Origin: Hydrolagus affinis
Lineage: Eukaryota
Reading direction: 5' to 3'
Assembly: GCA_012026655.1 (NCBI GenBank)
Contig: JAAILG010000665.1
Location: forward strand, 1-64,000
DNA: 64,000 bases
The translations under genes were made by a program, and so were the position numbers. Shown here in pieces: positions 25,348-36,522 of this stretch (within the stretch, counting starts at the first letter, position 1; each line of letters starts with the position of its first letter). A model generated the notes under the pieces. It made no database searches, had not been told where the DNA came from, and saw only the letters and a list, made by a program, of their open reading frames with translations.

Positions 25348-28300
25348 CAAATTGATAGTTGAGCAAGATTGTTTCAACTTTTAGAGTAGTTGTGGCCAAC
25401 TTGTGGGCCGGAAATGTTCTACAGGTCCCCCAGGAAGCGGTCCCTCAAACATTCACACAAGTTTAGGTAAGTGTGTTCAATTGATGACATAAATCAAGAC
25501 ATATTCAATCAAGGACACTTCTCTTTGGTTCGCCATAAAGGTTGGCAACCACTGTTTTAGATGATGCTACTTATTTCTTGGATACCTATCAATTCAATGA
25601 AATATTAACGTGTATCTTACTATGCCAAAGTTGAGAGTGTCTAGAAAATGAATATTTCAGATACATTTGAGGGGAAGACAGGGTTTGGTTGATTCCAAAT
25701 CTACTTTAGTTCTACTCACATTTTCTTATTTCACATCGTTCCTGATTTTAACATTTAGTAGCATTGTGAATTCATTCATTTTGTTCGATTAAGCATTTAC
25801 TGCATAGTTGTGATTTCAGTTTCATTCAGACATGGATTTTTTTTAAAAAAACTTGGAATATGCCTTCATTCCAATAACAAATCAAGTTCAACGGACTGCA
25901 CCACAAATGTTTTTGGGGGGATAACATGAAATGTTACCCCAGCATGTGGAAGTTGAAGCAAATTTGTATACCTCCAAATATGCTTCAATTTGCTTTTGAA
26001 GGGAGTTCAAGAGAGGAAGAAGAGGAATGAAGAAGAACATTCTGTGGACACACCATAATCGCAGCCATGGTGTTCTCAATTTCTATCTGTAGTCTTTCTC
26101 TTGTCATCTGATTGTGAGGCTATGTCGCATTATGATGCATCCTTCTACCAAAGCGGAACAATCATTCACTATCTAACCTGTCAATTCCTTCTATTATTTT
26201 AAATATCTCAATCAAGTCACATCTTGACCTTGTGTAAGGGATATAATCTCCCAGTATAGCTAACAACAGCAACAAACAACAAAACTTTTAATTAAAGAAT
26301 TCCTCAACACCAAATGTTTGGTTGATCAACCACACCTAACATGCACTTTATTTAACTCCCAGTTTCAAGTGGGAACGCCTTTATACCTCCCTGAGCTTAT
26401 CCTACCCCAAACTACTCTTCCCAGCATTGCTCCTTGCCGCCAGCTCCACTATAATGTTTGTGGACTGCTAAACCAGCTTTACAATTCTCATGCACCGGGT
26501 AGCTGTTGTATATTTATAATTAATTTTGAAACTCCAACCGTGCATTCAACTTTTCATGTACTTGCGAGACACCCAGACTGGTTGCCAGAACAACTAGTTT
26601 ATTGGGAAGGGGAAAAGGAGATTGAATTCTGATTAGTAGCTGGTAAGCAAAGAGCATTGTGGTGAATCCGATGGTTATTTTCTAGCTCAAATATTCTAGG
26701 TTTAGGAGACCTACTTGTTCTAAATTTGTATTTATTTTTAACTTGGTTGGAATGTTCTGCTTGTAAAGATCAGCAGCAGACATCTCGGATGTACTAACTT
26801 GAAGATCTCGGGTGTACAGTCACTTCATTTTTTAATTGGCTATTAGTTTCTATGGTGATAAAGTATTGTCTGGTGTGTCAGTACAGTTTATTCAGTGAAA
26901 AATGCAGTGGCTTACAGTAACATTAACAGTTCTCCCTGTAGGTTCTGTAAAAGCTGCTGTGTAACCTTCCTTCTGCCCTCCAAATCTCTTGGTGCTTGGG
27001 CGACATAAGAATACACTCAGGAATGTCGGAGGAGAGCTAGTATTCCATCAATCAATGCAGTATGCTAATATAGTGCTGGTTAATCAGAATAATTCCTGTT
27101 AATCATTTTAATAGCAACCTTTTTGGGGAATGGATGTTAAGATTACAAGGTCATTTTTTTCCTTTTGTCGGTAGTTTATTTCACATTCAGCTGTCAATTT
27201 CAAGTGAGTGTTTTCTGTAAATCTGATATCTTATCTGGTCTTTGAAGTTTACAAAGGAATGAGGATCTGCAAACTACGTTGTGATAAAGGCTTGCTGTAA
27301 ATGGCCACTGTAATAATTCATTCTTCTCGTGGATGCTGGCTGACCTTTCCTCATATAGACGTGCAGATGAGACCTGAATCTTGGCAAGATTACAATGTCG
27401 TTGGATTCTGCTGTTAGTACAATGCGCCATCCAGCGACACCTTACTATAAAAGGCTTCATCAACGGCCTACAGCTTATCTAGTTTGGGACACGACATATC
27501 AAGCAACTGCCAGAATGGTGGAAGGCAAAATATATGGACCTTGGTCTTCTGTCGCCTAGTAAATTCTTATGTTAAGATAGAAATGTGATTCCTTCCCCTT
27601 TTAAAGCTGAGTTTTAAAGTTTGAGCACAATGAATTGGTGTGAACAAATAATTGACTGAATACTTCTACTTAAGTTCTGCAAGTTTTCTGAACTTCAAAG
27701 TGCAAATTGACTTTATTTGCAGTTAGTATTTGGAAAATTTCCTACTTTACAAATTGTTTATATGACCAATATTCATTCAGATTCAATGTAGAAAATATTT
27801 CATTTTTATAACATGGGAATACTTATAAGGCTTTACTGAGACATTCAGGAGAAAAGCAAGCTTAACTAATTTGCAATAATTATTTGAACACCAATATTTT
27901 TACAACCTTTAAGCTTATGTGCCTATTTTTATAATCAATATTGTAAGTTCTGTGCATTCCTGCAGGAAAAGTGTCACACAGAATAATGAATTATTTTACT
28001 ATAATATCAGCAGGGTTAGAATTCAGTTTTGTCCCGAAATAAATATAACAGTAAAATGGACAAAAACAGACAAGCTAGTTTGATAGGTTGACTGAGTCAG
28101 ATTTGAGTAAGCAATATTCATTTAAATAACTTCCATCTTGAACGCCTTTGCTTTAGTGCCAAATTAGACATAAAAACAAGTATGTTGCACTTGCCAAATA
28201 TCTCCTTGAAAGATCTGATGGTTCTCTGTCTGCAATGACATTTAAAATGCTTTGGTGGCATTTTGTTTGAAAGAAAATCTTGGACTCGTTTAATAAATGA

Positions 28301-29260
28301 ATATAATTATGTATGAGCTTGTTTCTTTTCAGAAGAAATTTTACCATGTTTTATACTAGTGTATTACGGCAAATGGGGGAAAAATTCTGATTATTCAGTA
28401 ATTTGGGAGACGGATAATACAAATTCTACCCTTCAATGTTAAAGGTTCAGAAGCTTTGAAAGTTAATGTGATATCACTTCCTGCTAAGCTGCAGTGTTCA
28501 CATAGTTATTTCTCACTCGCAGGCTCAGAGATATCTAGCATAATGCAAGGGTTTGCTTGTCTTCCATTGAGATTGCACATAGTTCCAGCAGTCTGTTACA
28601 AAGCAGCACCTTTCCGTAAGGATTCTTGTCCTGACCTTGAAACTAAGATGCAGGCCTACATAGAGAGGTATAGTTTTTTTTAACCTTAATTGCTTGGAGC
28701 TTCTGATTTATACTGTGTAAAGTGACAATTTATCATGAAAGGAGCATGTCCTATTTATAATTAAAATACACATTTGCGTTGAATTTAACCTGTGCACTAT
28801 CTTGAACAAGCCTTAAAACAACTTGTTTTCTCAATTAAATTTTTGTGTTGTAACAACTAGGAAATATTGCTTGTTTCTTAAAATTGGAAGACAAGATAGT
28901 ATGCTTGCAATAAGTAAAATAAGTAAAGGAGTAAGGTAGTACTTTGCTTGTGATAAGGAAAGGAGTGACTTGATTCCATGCTGGTTAAGATGTATTACTC
29001 TACATGTCTTGTTTGTGAAAAACAGGTTGTTTATTAGTCTAAGATGTTGATTAAAATAAATTAACCTATTTTGAAAAACAGTTTCTGATATGTCCACTGA
29101 CTTGCTGAAATGGTTATCCTATGCATAAAGTGTGAATAAAGTTTGAACGATAGCAGTGTTTTCATTACTTAAATTGAAGGAACAGTCCAAATTACTGTGC
29201 AGATCTCTTTAGAAGCATATTTTGTTTCAAAAAAACCTTCTCTGTGTTGACATATTTCAG

Positions 29261-29351
29261 ATCCTATCTCACGCCTGTCAGGGATGAGGAGGCTGAGTCA
29301 CAGAGAAAAGCTCGTTCCAGGCAAGCAAGGCAGACAAGGAGATCAACACAG
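29261..29351 (+). CDS. PPP1R12B: 91-nt exon with the inhibitory phosphosite: SYLTPVRDEEAESQRKARSRQARQTRRSTQ (MYPT1 T696 equivalent)
   Basis: atttcag| and |gtcagt; near-invariant family motif. Confidence 0.97.
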
Positions 29352-31699
29352 GTCAGTGGTGATGTCAATCTTTTAACATTTAGTCATTAAAAGTTAGAAA
29401 GATTGTCCTTTTGCTTGTTCTAAAATCAGAAACTTTTCATTATTACATGCAATTTACCTCAGAATATGGTCAGTGAGATATTTTCAATATTTGCCATACA
29501 TTTTAACTGAATCATGGTTGTAGTTTTTTCTAATCACTTTTTCCAGGAAGATTCATGCCCCTTTGGTCTTGATCATACGTTTTTGAAAAAAACATTTTTC
29601 TAGTACTTTCAGTTGACTGATTCTAATTGCCATGGTGTTATGTTTTGAATATTAACGTCGCATGGAACACAATGGTCTTTTCCAGGTTTACACATTCCTA
29701 TCTTAAAATGTAATAATGAACCAAAGCATGGCTAGATTAAATAATTCTTATCTTTGTCTCTTCATTTCTCTTCTTCTCCTCCACTCCAGGCAACACAATC
29801 CTTAAACATACCAGGTTGACTAAGTAGCACTATTTTCAAATGCTTTCGACTTGCTGAGTAAACAAATGGAACATTTAATACAGCAGATACATAGACCAAG
29901 GACTTTAAAACTGGCTTTAGGTTTGACCTCCATAGTTCCCTCTATCTACACCAGATCACCTCTTTCTGTGCAAAGGCAATGACTGCGTTGGCTTAATTAA
30001 CAGTGAGGTTAATTATTATGACTTTTTGGACCAGCAGGCATTTAAAGCTTAAAACTCAGTCTTTTAAACCATTTTGTTTTTGCATGTTTATACAGTTATG
30101 AATGCACCCTACAGAAAATAAAAGTTTTTTTCAAAAAGAACACTAGGTTTATGTGGAAATGGTTTAGTACTTCGCCTTTCTTACAATTGGGAGACAATTG
30201 AAAAGCTTGGATTTGTATATACAAAAAATTGTAAAGTATTGATATTTTGAATCAGTTTCAAAGATAAACGTTAATGTACTGATCAAAACCCTGTTGTGCA
30301 CTTATATAACTCCACTTCACCACCCAGTCCTGAAGAGAATTAATTCTTATGGTATTATTAGATTAACTAGAAATAGCATATGATGACATAATCAATGTAA
30401 CAACAGTGACGTGCTAACTATTTTGACTTAGTTACAAAGGTCTCATTATAAACTGGCTCAATTTAAGAACATAAAGCCCAGCCACTCCTCCCATAAACAC
30501 ACAACACCTACCCTATTGTGGACTTCTTCCTTAACCACTCTGTCTTCTGGGAAAAGGTATTGTGTTAATATTTCCTGAATCGCAAGATAATTAATCAAAT
30601 CTTCCAAAATATTCATCCATCCTGACATCACCACCATCAATCTCTGGCCTCTTTCCTGCTGTATGATTTTCTCAGCTTTTATTAACCTTCTATGTCCTGT
30701 AGACAAGGAGAGCGAGAGAGACAGAGAGAGAATTGACTCAGTTTCTAGTTCAGCTGTCACTGCCTAAACCCAATTTAAATCCACCTTAGTTTTTCTTCTC
30801 TCCTCCCTTTCCCGCTTTAACCTTTAAATGAGAACAAATTCAGCTCTGAGAGCCACTCACAACATGGACCTTAAATTTCCAGAATCATCTTTGTTGCTTT
30901 TCTTTGCAACATCTTCAATGCTTGGATGTTTGTTTGAAATGCCTAAAACTGACCATAGCATGAAAATGTGACCTCCATCGTAATCTAGATAATCATTTGG
31001 TTTGAATGTAGTCAGAATACTTTCAAGATACAACTTAATGTTGGATTAAAGGGACCTTACAGAGTTGCATAACATTTTAATTGAGATTGAAAAAGTAAAT
31101 GCTGAACAGAGGGTGTTTGCTTTTACAGTATGCAGAAGTAAACTTCAAGATGAACATGCAAGTAGAAAAAGAGGACACAGGTTGTGAGTTGCAAACGACA
31201 GTTTCAAAACACACAACAGGATTTATTTCAGGAAGGGTGGTTAATGTTAGGACACTTGGCTCATTTAAAAGAAGGATGATGTCAAATGGGAAAAGGGCCT
31301 ACTTCATCCAAACAAATCTTGTAATCTGTTTCTATGTCTTTCTATGTCAGAACCTTTCCTATCTTTCTCATCAATGCTTCCATGGGTTTTACTACATTGA
31401 ACCCTCTTGTTCCTAATAATAACAACAAATAACATTTGCATAGCTTGTTTCACATCAGGAGGACATCACAAGGTCATAAGTTTAAAATATGGTGTTGCCT
31501 TTCTCCCAAAATGAAGTCAAAATTCATCTCACTATATTCATTATAATCATCAAGTAGCCTTCTTGTGACATGTCCTGTTTCTCTGCTGTTCTTTTGAACT
31601 ACAGTGTTGTGTGTTTCACCCCAGTTCATACTGATGAAACATCTATATTAAAGGATTACAATTTCACTTTTAAATATTGTACTCATCTTGCTACGTTAG

Positions 31700-31894
31700 G
31701 GTGTAACACTAACAGATCTGCAGGAAGCTGAGAAAACGTTTAGTCGATCTCGTGCTGAGAGGCGAGCTCGGGAACAACAAGAGAAAGAGGAGAAAGAAAA
31801 CCAGGAAAAGCAAGATGAAGAAAAAGAGAAGCAGTCAGTAACTCAAGATTTAGAAGATCAAAAGCAACGATGGAGTAGAAACCTGGAGGACGAG
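31700..31894 (+). CDS. PPP1R12B: 195-nt exon: GVTLTDLQEAEKTFSRSRAERRAREQQEKEEKENQEKQDEEKEKQSVTQDLEDQKQRWSRNLEDE
   Basis: gttag| and |gtacgt; GVTLTDLQEAE motif. Confidence 0.96.
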
Positions 31895-31937
31895 GTACGT
31901 TAAACTGTTTGAATAATTATGAACAAAAGTGTTGTGA

Positions 31938-32450
31938 AGTCCTGTAGCTCAGAGGTTAGAGGATTGATTTTACTTGCCAGCAAGAGACCTGGATTTGATT
32001 CCAGGCAGGCTAAATTTCCTTACTCCACTCGCCTGATAATAATCCCTCAAACCAAAATTGGTCATTTTAATCCAAGACCCTTTGTGGTACACTGCTGTGC
32101 ACAATTGGCTGCCGCATATCGCCTACAAAACATACAGTTAATTCACTTTACAGTACAGTAAAAGCCAGCTTATCCGTGACCCGATCAACCTTAGCTTCTG
32201 TATAACTGGCACCTCAAAAAAAAGGTCCACATTTGAGTAACCGGAATTTATCGGGCACAAAGCATTATTTTTTAATTAAAAAATTTTTTTTTGTGTGTTT
32301 TTGGCCGAATATCCGGCACGTGCTTTAACCGGCATTGGCCAGGTCCCGAGGGTGCTGGATAAACGGGCTTTTACTGTATATTCTGTGAAGCGTTTTGAGA
32401 TGTCTAGAAGATGTGAAAAGCACTATATCAAATGCAAGGATTATTATTAG
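31938..32450 (+). mobile_element. SINE of the younger family, interrupted by a MITE
   Basis: Consensus ctttacagTA|TAtattctgtgaag is split by the 32156-32376 insertion. Confidence 0.85.
32156..32376. mobile_element. 221-nt TA-flanked MITE (TIR CAGTAAAAGCC.G.TTATCC)
   Basis: TIRs plus a TA duplication inside a SINE. Confidence 0.88.
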
Positions 32451-32517
32451 ATTATTATAATTAGATTATTATTGATGCATTTAAGTATAAATGCAAAAAA
32501 AGTTGGATTTAAAACAT

Positions 32518-32900
32518 AACAACAACAACAACAACAAATTACATTTATAGAGCGCCTTTCACGTCAGGAGGACGTCCCAAGGCGCTGCACAGGAGGCGTG
32601 TGACCCGAGCTGGGAGGGGAGTGTTTGGGCNNNNNNNNNNNNNNNNNNNNNNNNNNNNNNNNNNNNNNNNNNNNNNNNNNNNNNNNNNNNNNNNNNNNNN
32701 NNNNNNNNNNNNNNNNNNNNNNNNNNNNNNCTGAAGGCCCGGCCTCCGATGGTGGGACGGTTCGGGAGGGGGGCTTGGAGCAGGCCGAGTCCTGCTGAAC
32801 GGAGGGTCCGGGTGGGCTTGTAGGGGGAGAGTAGATTGGTTAAATAGGGCGGGGCAAGGCCGTGTAAGGCCTTGAAGGTGAGGACGAGGATCTTGAACTC
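32518..32900 (-). mobile_element. Young L2-type fragment spanning an N-gap
   Basis: (AAC)n aaattacatttatagagcgcctttcacgtcaggaggacgtcccaaggcgctg tail. Confidence 0.85.
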
Positions 32901-34030
32901 GTGTAGCAGAATAATATTTTAATTTACTATTAAAATCCAGTTGCTTGTAGAAGACATGGATTTTAATTGTACGAGCAGCGATGTTAATCAAAATGTAGGT
33001 TTTCCACTATCTGAGAGGGATTTTAACAATCCGAATGGTTTGTGCCAAACCAACAACAACAACTTGGATTTATATTGACCTCCACACCATTAGTCAACTG
33101 CAACATTTGCGTTTCCATGCATTGAATGTATTGTGATCTGAGGAAGATTAGCATGTGATAATTGTTTTTTTTTAACAGTATAATCTGTGAAGTGCTTTGA
33201 GACACATAAAAGACATGAAAAGCGCTATATTAAATGCAAATAAAGATTTTTTATATATACCGCATGAATACATTACAGGTGGAAGGGAAGCACCTGTTGT
33301 CCTGTTCCCAGGTCTCAGACAGTGTTGTTCTTAAACACCTGGTCAATTTTAGCTTTGCTCAGAAAAAAGTTTCTTGATGTTTTATTACTGCTTTTACAGC
33401 CCTGAGTGTAGATCATGACTGTACACCCAAATTTGTATGCTTCTGTTTCAGTGCACCAATGCAATAATATCTTAGTCCACTTAGTGGCACTGTACTTCTG
33501 GCTCTTTCGTTGTGAACCTTATTTCACATGCTCTTGTACAAGTCATATCCTATAAAATAATCAATTTTAACTTTAAAAGTAGAATAGACTACACTGTAGG
33601 TTCAGCGTCATTGAGCACAGTACATTTTACTTGTCAACTTGATAGCAGTTGACAGCAGTCTCGCCTCTTGAGTCAGACGTTTGAGGGATCAAATGGCACT
33701 TCAGAGCTTCTATCTCGGTAGACACTCCAGTTCTGTGGAGTGTTGCATTTTTGGAGATGACGTTAAGCCAGAGGTCTTGTGCAACACTGTGTGCAAGTTG
33801 GCTTCCATGTTTGCCTACAAATTGCAGTAAAAATCCTGTGAAGTGCTTTGAGATGCCTCGATGACGTGATACAGGACTGTATCAAAATGCAGCCATTGTT
33901 ATTATTTCTTCATGCAAAGTTAGTAAAGGAAAGCATAATCATGAAATTCAAGAAACCTATATATTATATTTTAATTAGTGTTTCTTGGTTTAATTTAGAA
34001 TGTTAATGGAAATGTTTTTCTTCTGTCCAG

Positions 34031-34217
34031 TCTGGGTTTCGACGGTCACGATATACATCACAAACAGACAGTCCAACAACACCACTGGCATCGCCTTCTA
34101 CATCAAGCAATTTCCTGTATTCAACAACCCAACAAAACCGACTGAATGGTGTTATAGGTCAAACATCATCTAATTCATCACAGTCAAAGATTATGTCCAA
34201 GGAGATGGAGAGCAATG
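34031..34217 (+). CDS. PPP1R12B: 187-nt exon: SGFRRSRYTSQTDSPTTPLASPSTSSNFLYSTTQQNRLNGVIGQTSSNSSQSKIMSKEMESN
   Basis: ctgtccag| and |gtaata; PTTP.SPSTS and KEM..N match MYPT2. Confidence 0.92.
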
Positions 34218-34769
34218 GTAATAATACTTGATGAGGTTGTTCAGATTCATGTACAGTATTCTCTCCACCCTCTTAACCTTGATTTGGAGGAACTACCATA
34301 TATTTTTAAATAATGAATAGAATGTTTAATCGCCATTTGGTTCATAATGTGTATTATGAGTTACTTGAATGCAAAGAAAAATAGTGTACTCATTTAATTT
34401 TTGGCCAGTTCCTTTCCTTGTTCCTCTTTGCTTGTAGGTGTTTTCTTGGAGTTACTGTTTTCACAGCTCCTGATTATTTATAAAGAGTGTGAACTAACTT
34501 TGGAGAAGGAAGTGGTATGGGTGGAGGGTGTGGGGAGCGGGGAGAGAGAGCTAAGACTGATTATGTCTTCACTTTCATGTCCACTTATGGATCTCCGAAC
34601 ATGTGACACTAGTCAATAATCAGGTGGGTTTAGGGCAGTTGAGGTGTCCCTGTTGTTTTGTGCACGAGAATGCATAAACGTGGATACTAACCATATGAAT
34701 GAAATCATAGAAAGGACAGTTAATAAAAAGTGACTGTTACTTCCGATGCATTATGTCAGAATAAGTCAC

Positions 34770-35195
34770 TAGAGTTTGTCGCAAGTATAGCAGGTTTCAA
34801 GCGCTCTGAGACGCCGTCCGGCGTGGAGGGCGCTATATAAATTGGGGTCAGGGGTCAGGACCCGAGCAAGGGAGGGGGGGCAGGGTGCAAGGGAGGGGAG
34901 GGACAGAGGTGGGAGGACGGCAGAAGGCACGATTGAAATGGAGGGTCTTGAGACCATCCTTGAAGGAGACAAGGGAGGAAGAGAGACGAAGGGACTGTGG
35001 GATGGAGTTCCAGAGTGTGGAGGCAGAGAGGCTGAAAGCCCGACCACCGATGGTAGGGGCGGGCAGGAGACATGGAGTAGACCGGAGCCCGCTGAACGGA
35101 AAGGGTGAGCAGGTTAATAGGGAGTCAGCAGGTCAGGGAGATAAGAAGGGGCAAGGTCTTGAGTGGCCTTGAATGTGAGGACGAGGATCTTGAAA
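34770..35195 (-). mobile_element. L2-type fragment
   Basis: Same family (gaggctgaaagcccgaccaccgatgg; gaggacgaggatcttgaa). Confidence 0.85.
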
Positions 35196-35513
35196 AAAGA
35201 CTGCCCATCCCACTTCTAGGTCTTCAGGTTTCCACTATTGTCACCTCTTTCTCAGATTGACAGACTTCCTGCATAGCATGTAGAATATTGTCAGGTACTT
35301 GCTGGAAATGTTCTACACTCCTGGTAACAGCAGTCCATTGGGCACATCTTGATATGAGGATCAGTGACTTGTAAACACTTTCCACCTGGAAAAGCTCTGA
35401 AGTGCTTTCCTGCAGTGTTGCGACTGAGTTGGAATCAATATGTTGAAATAAATAAGCCTGGTGAAATTGTCCTGAATAACATTTTTAATATCATAATTAT
35501 TATGTCAAAAAAG

Positions 35514-35635
35514 ATGGCTCTGAAAAAGCAATTGATGATGACAAAGATGCCAATGACCGACAGCTCTCAATAAGAGAAAGGCGACGTCCCAGGGAGAAGC
35601 GACGATCTACTGGAGTATCGTACTGGAGTCCAGAT
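35514..35635 (+). CDS. PPP1R12B: 122-nt exon with the second phosphosite: DGSEKAIDDDKDANDRQLSIRERRRPREKRRSTGVSYWSPD
   Basis: SIRERRRPREKRRSTG motif; atypical acceptor aaaaaag|, donor |gttagt; phase 1 to 0. Confidence 0.9.
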
Positions 35636-36039
35636 GTTAGTATTACTCTTTGATATTCTGATAGGAATGTTTCATATTCAGAGTTTATTAAATAAGTAAC
35701 TACTTTCTAAAGACAATTTTGTTCAGTTGGCATGAGTTGTGTGAGTTTTATGTTAATTGTACTTAAAACATTTATGATTTAGCTTATGATTGGCAATGTT
35801 ATCCAAAGGCATGGGGTTAACTCCTACATATATACAGTTGGCACCACATTGTATCTCTCTGTCTTCACCCTGGTTTCTAGGATCACTGATTTCTGACCAA
35901 TTGCCTGTTGGTCATCAAATCTTGTATGCACTCTTCTCTTCAGTTGAATATTGACAATAGAGGGTTTCTGCTTGATGCCTTATCTGCAGACTATCGAGAA
36001 CTCTGCAGCTCATGCCCACTTCCTGCTCTTTCAGCCTAT

Positions 36040-36350
36040 CAACCCCCGACTTTGCTTAGCTCCAATGGCTGCCCATCCTCTAGCAGATCAACTTAAAAAT
36101 CCTCATTTTCACCTTTAAATTCCTGCACGGTCTTGCCCCTTCCATACATCTGTGACCTCCTCAAGCCCTAATAATCTGGCCACTCCCTCTGCTCAACAGA
36201 CACTGGCCTGCTTCATGTCCATGCTTTAAAACCATTGGATTTCAGCATATTTGTCCCCACTCTGGAACTCCTACCTGCAGTCTCTTCAACTTGTCTCATC
36301 CCTCACCTCCTTCAAGGTCCACCTCAAGACCTTCCTCCTTGACTGCTTGG
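36040..36350 (+). mobile_element. Degenerate L2-type fragment
   Basis: aaaatcctcattttcacctttaaa...ccttcaaggtccacctcaagaccttcctc. Confidence 0.75.
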
Positions 36351-36480
36351 GCCATATGGGCTGAACTCCCATCAATAATTAATAACAAAAGTGACCTAAT
36401 TGTAGTGGATTATCAAGTGTATTCCTTTAAGAATAAACATCAGTTTGTGAGTTCTTTACTTACGTTTTGCTTTTCTCCAG

Positions 36481-36522
36481 GGTGACGAGTGTGACCGAAA
36501 GGATGATGAAAAGAGCAATCAG
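36481..36522 (+). CDS. PPP1R12B: 42-nt exon: GDECDRKDDEKSNQ
   Basis: ttttctccag| and cag|gtaagc; 14 acidic residues at the position expected for MYPT2. Confidence 0.88.

Noticed and set aside
28523-28667. Exon-like segment (ctcgcag|...gagag|gtatag)
   Set aside because: In the required phase 2 it stops after a few codons (TAG); 145 nt and no MYPT similarity.
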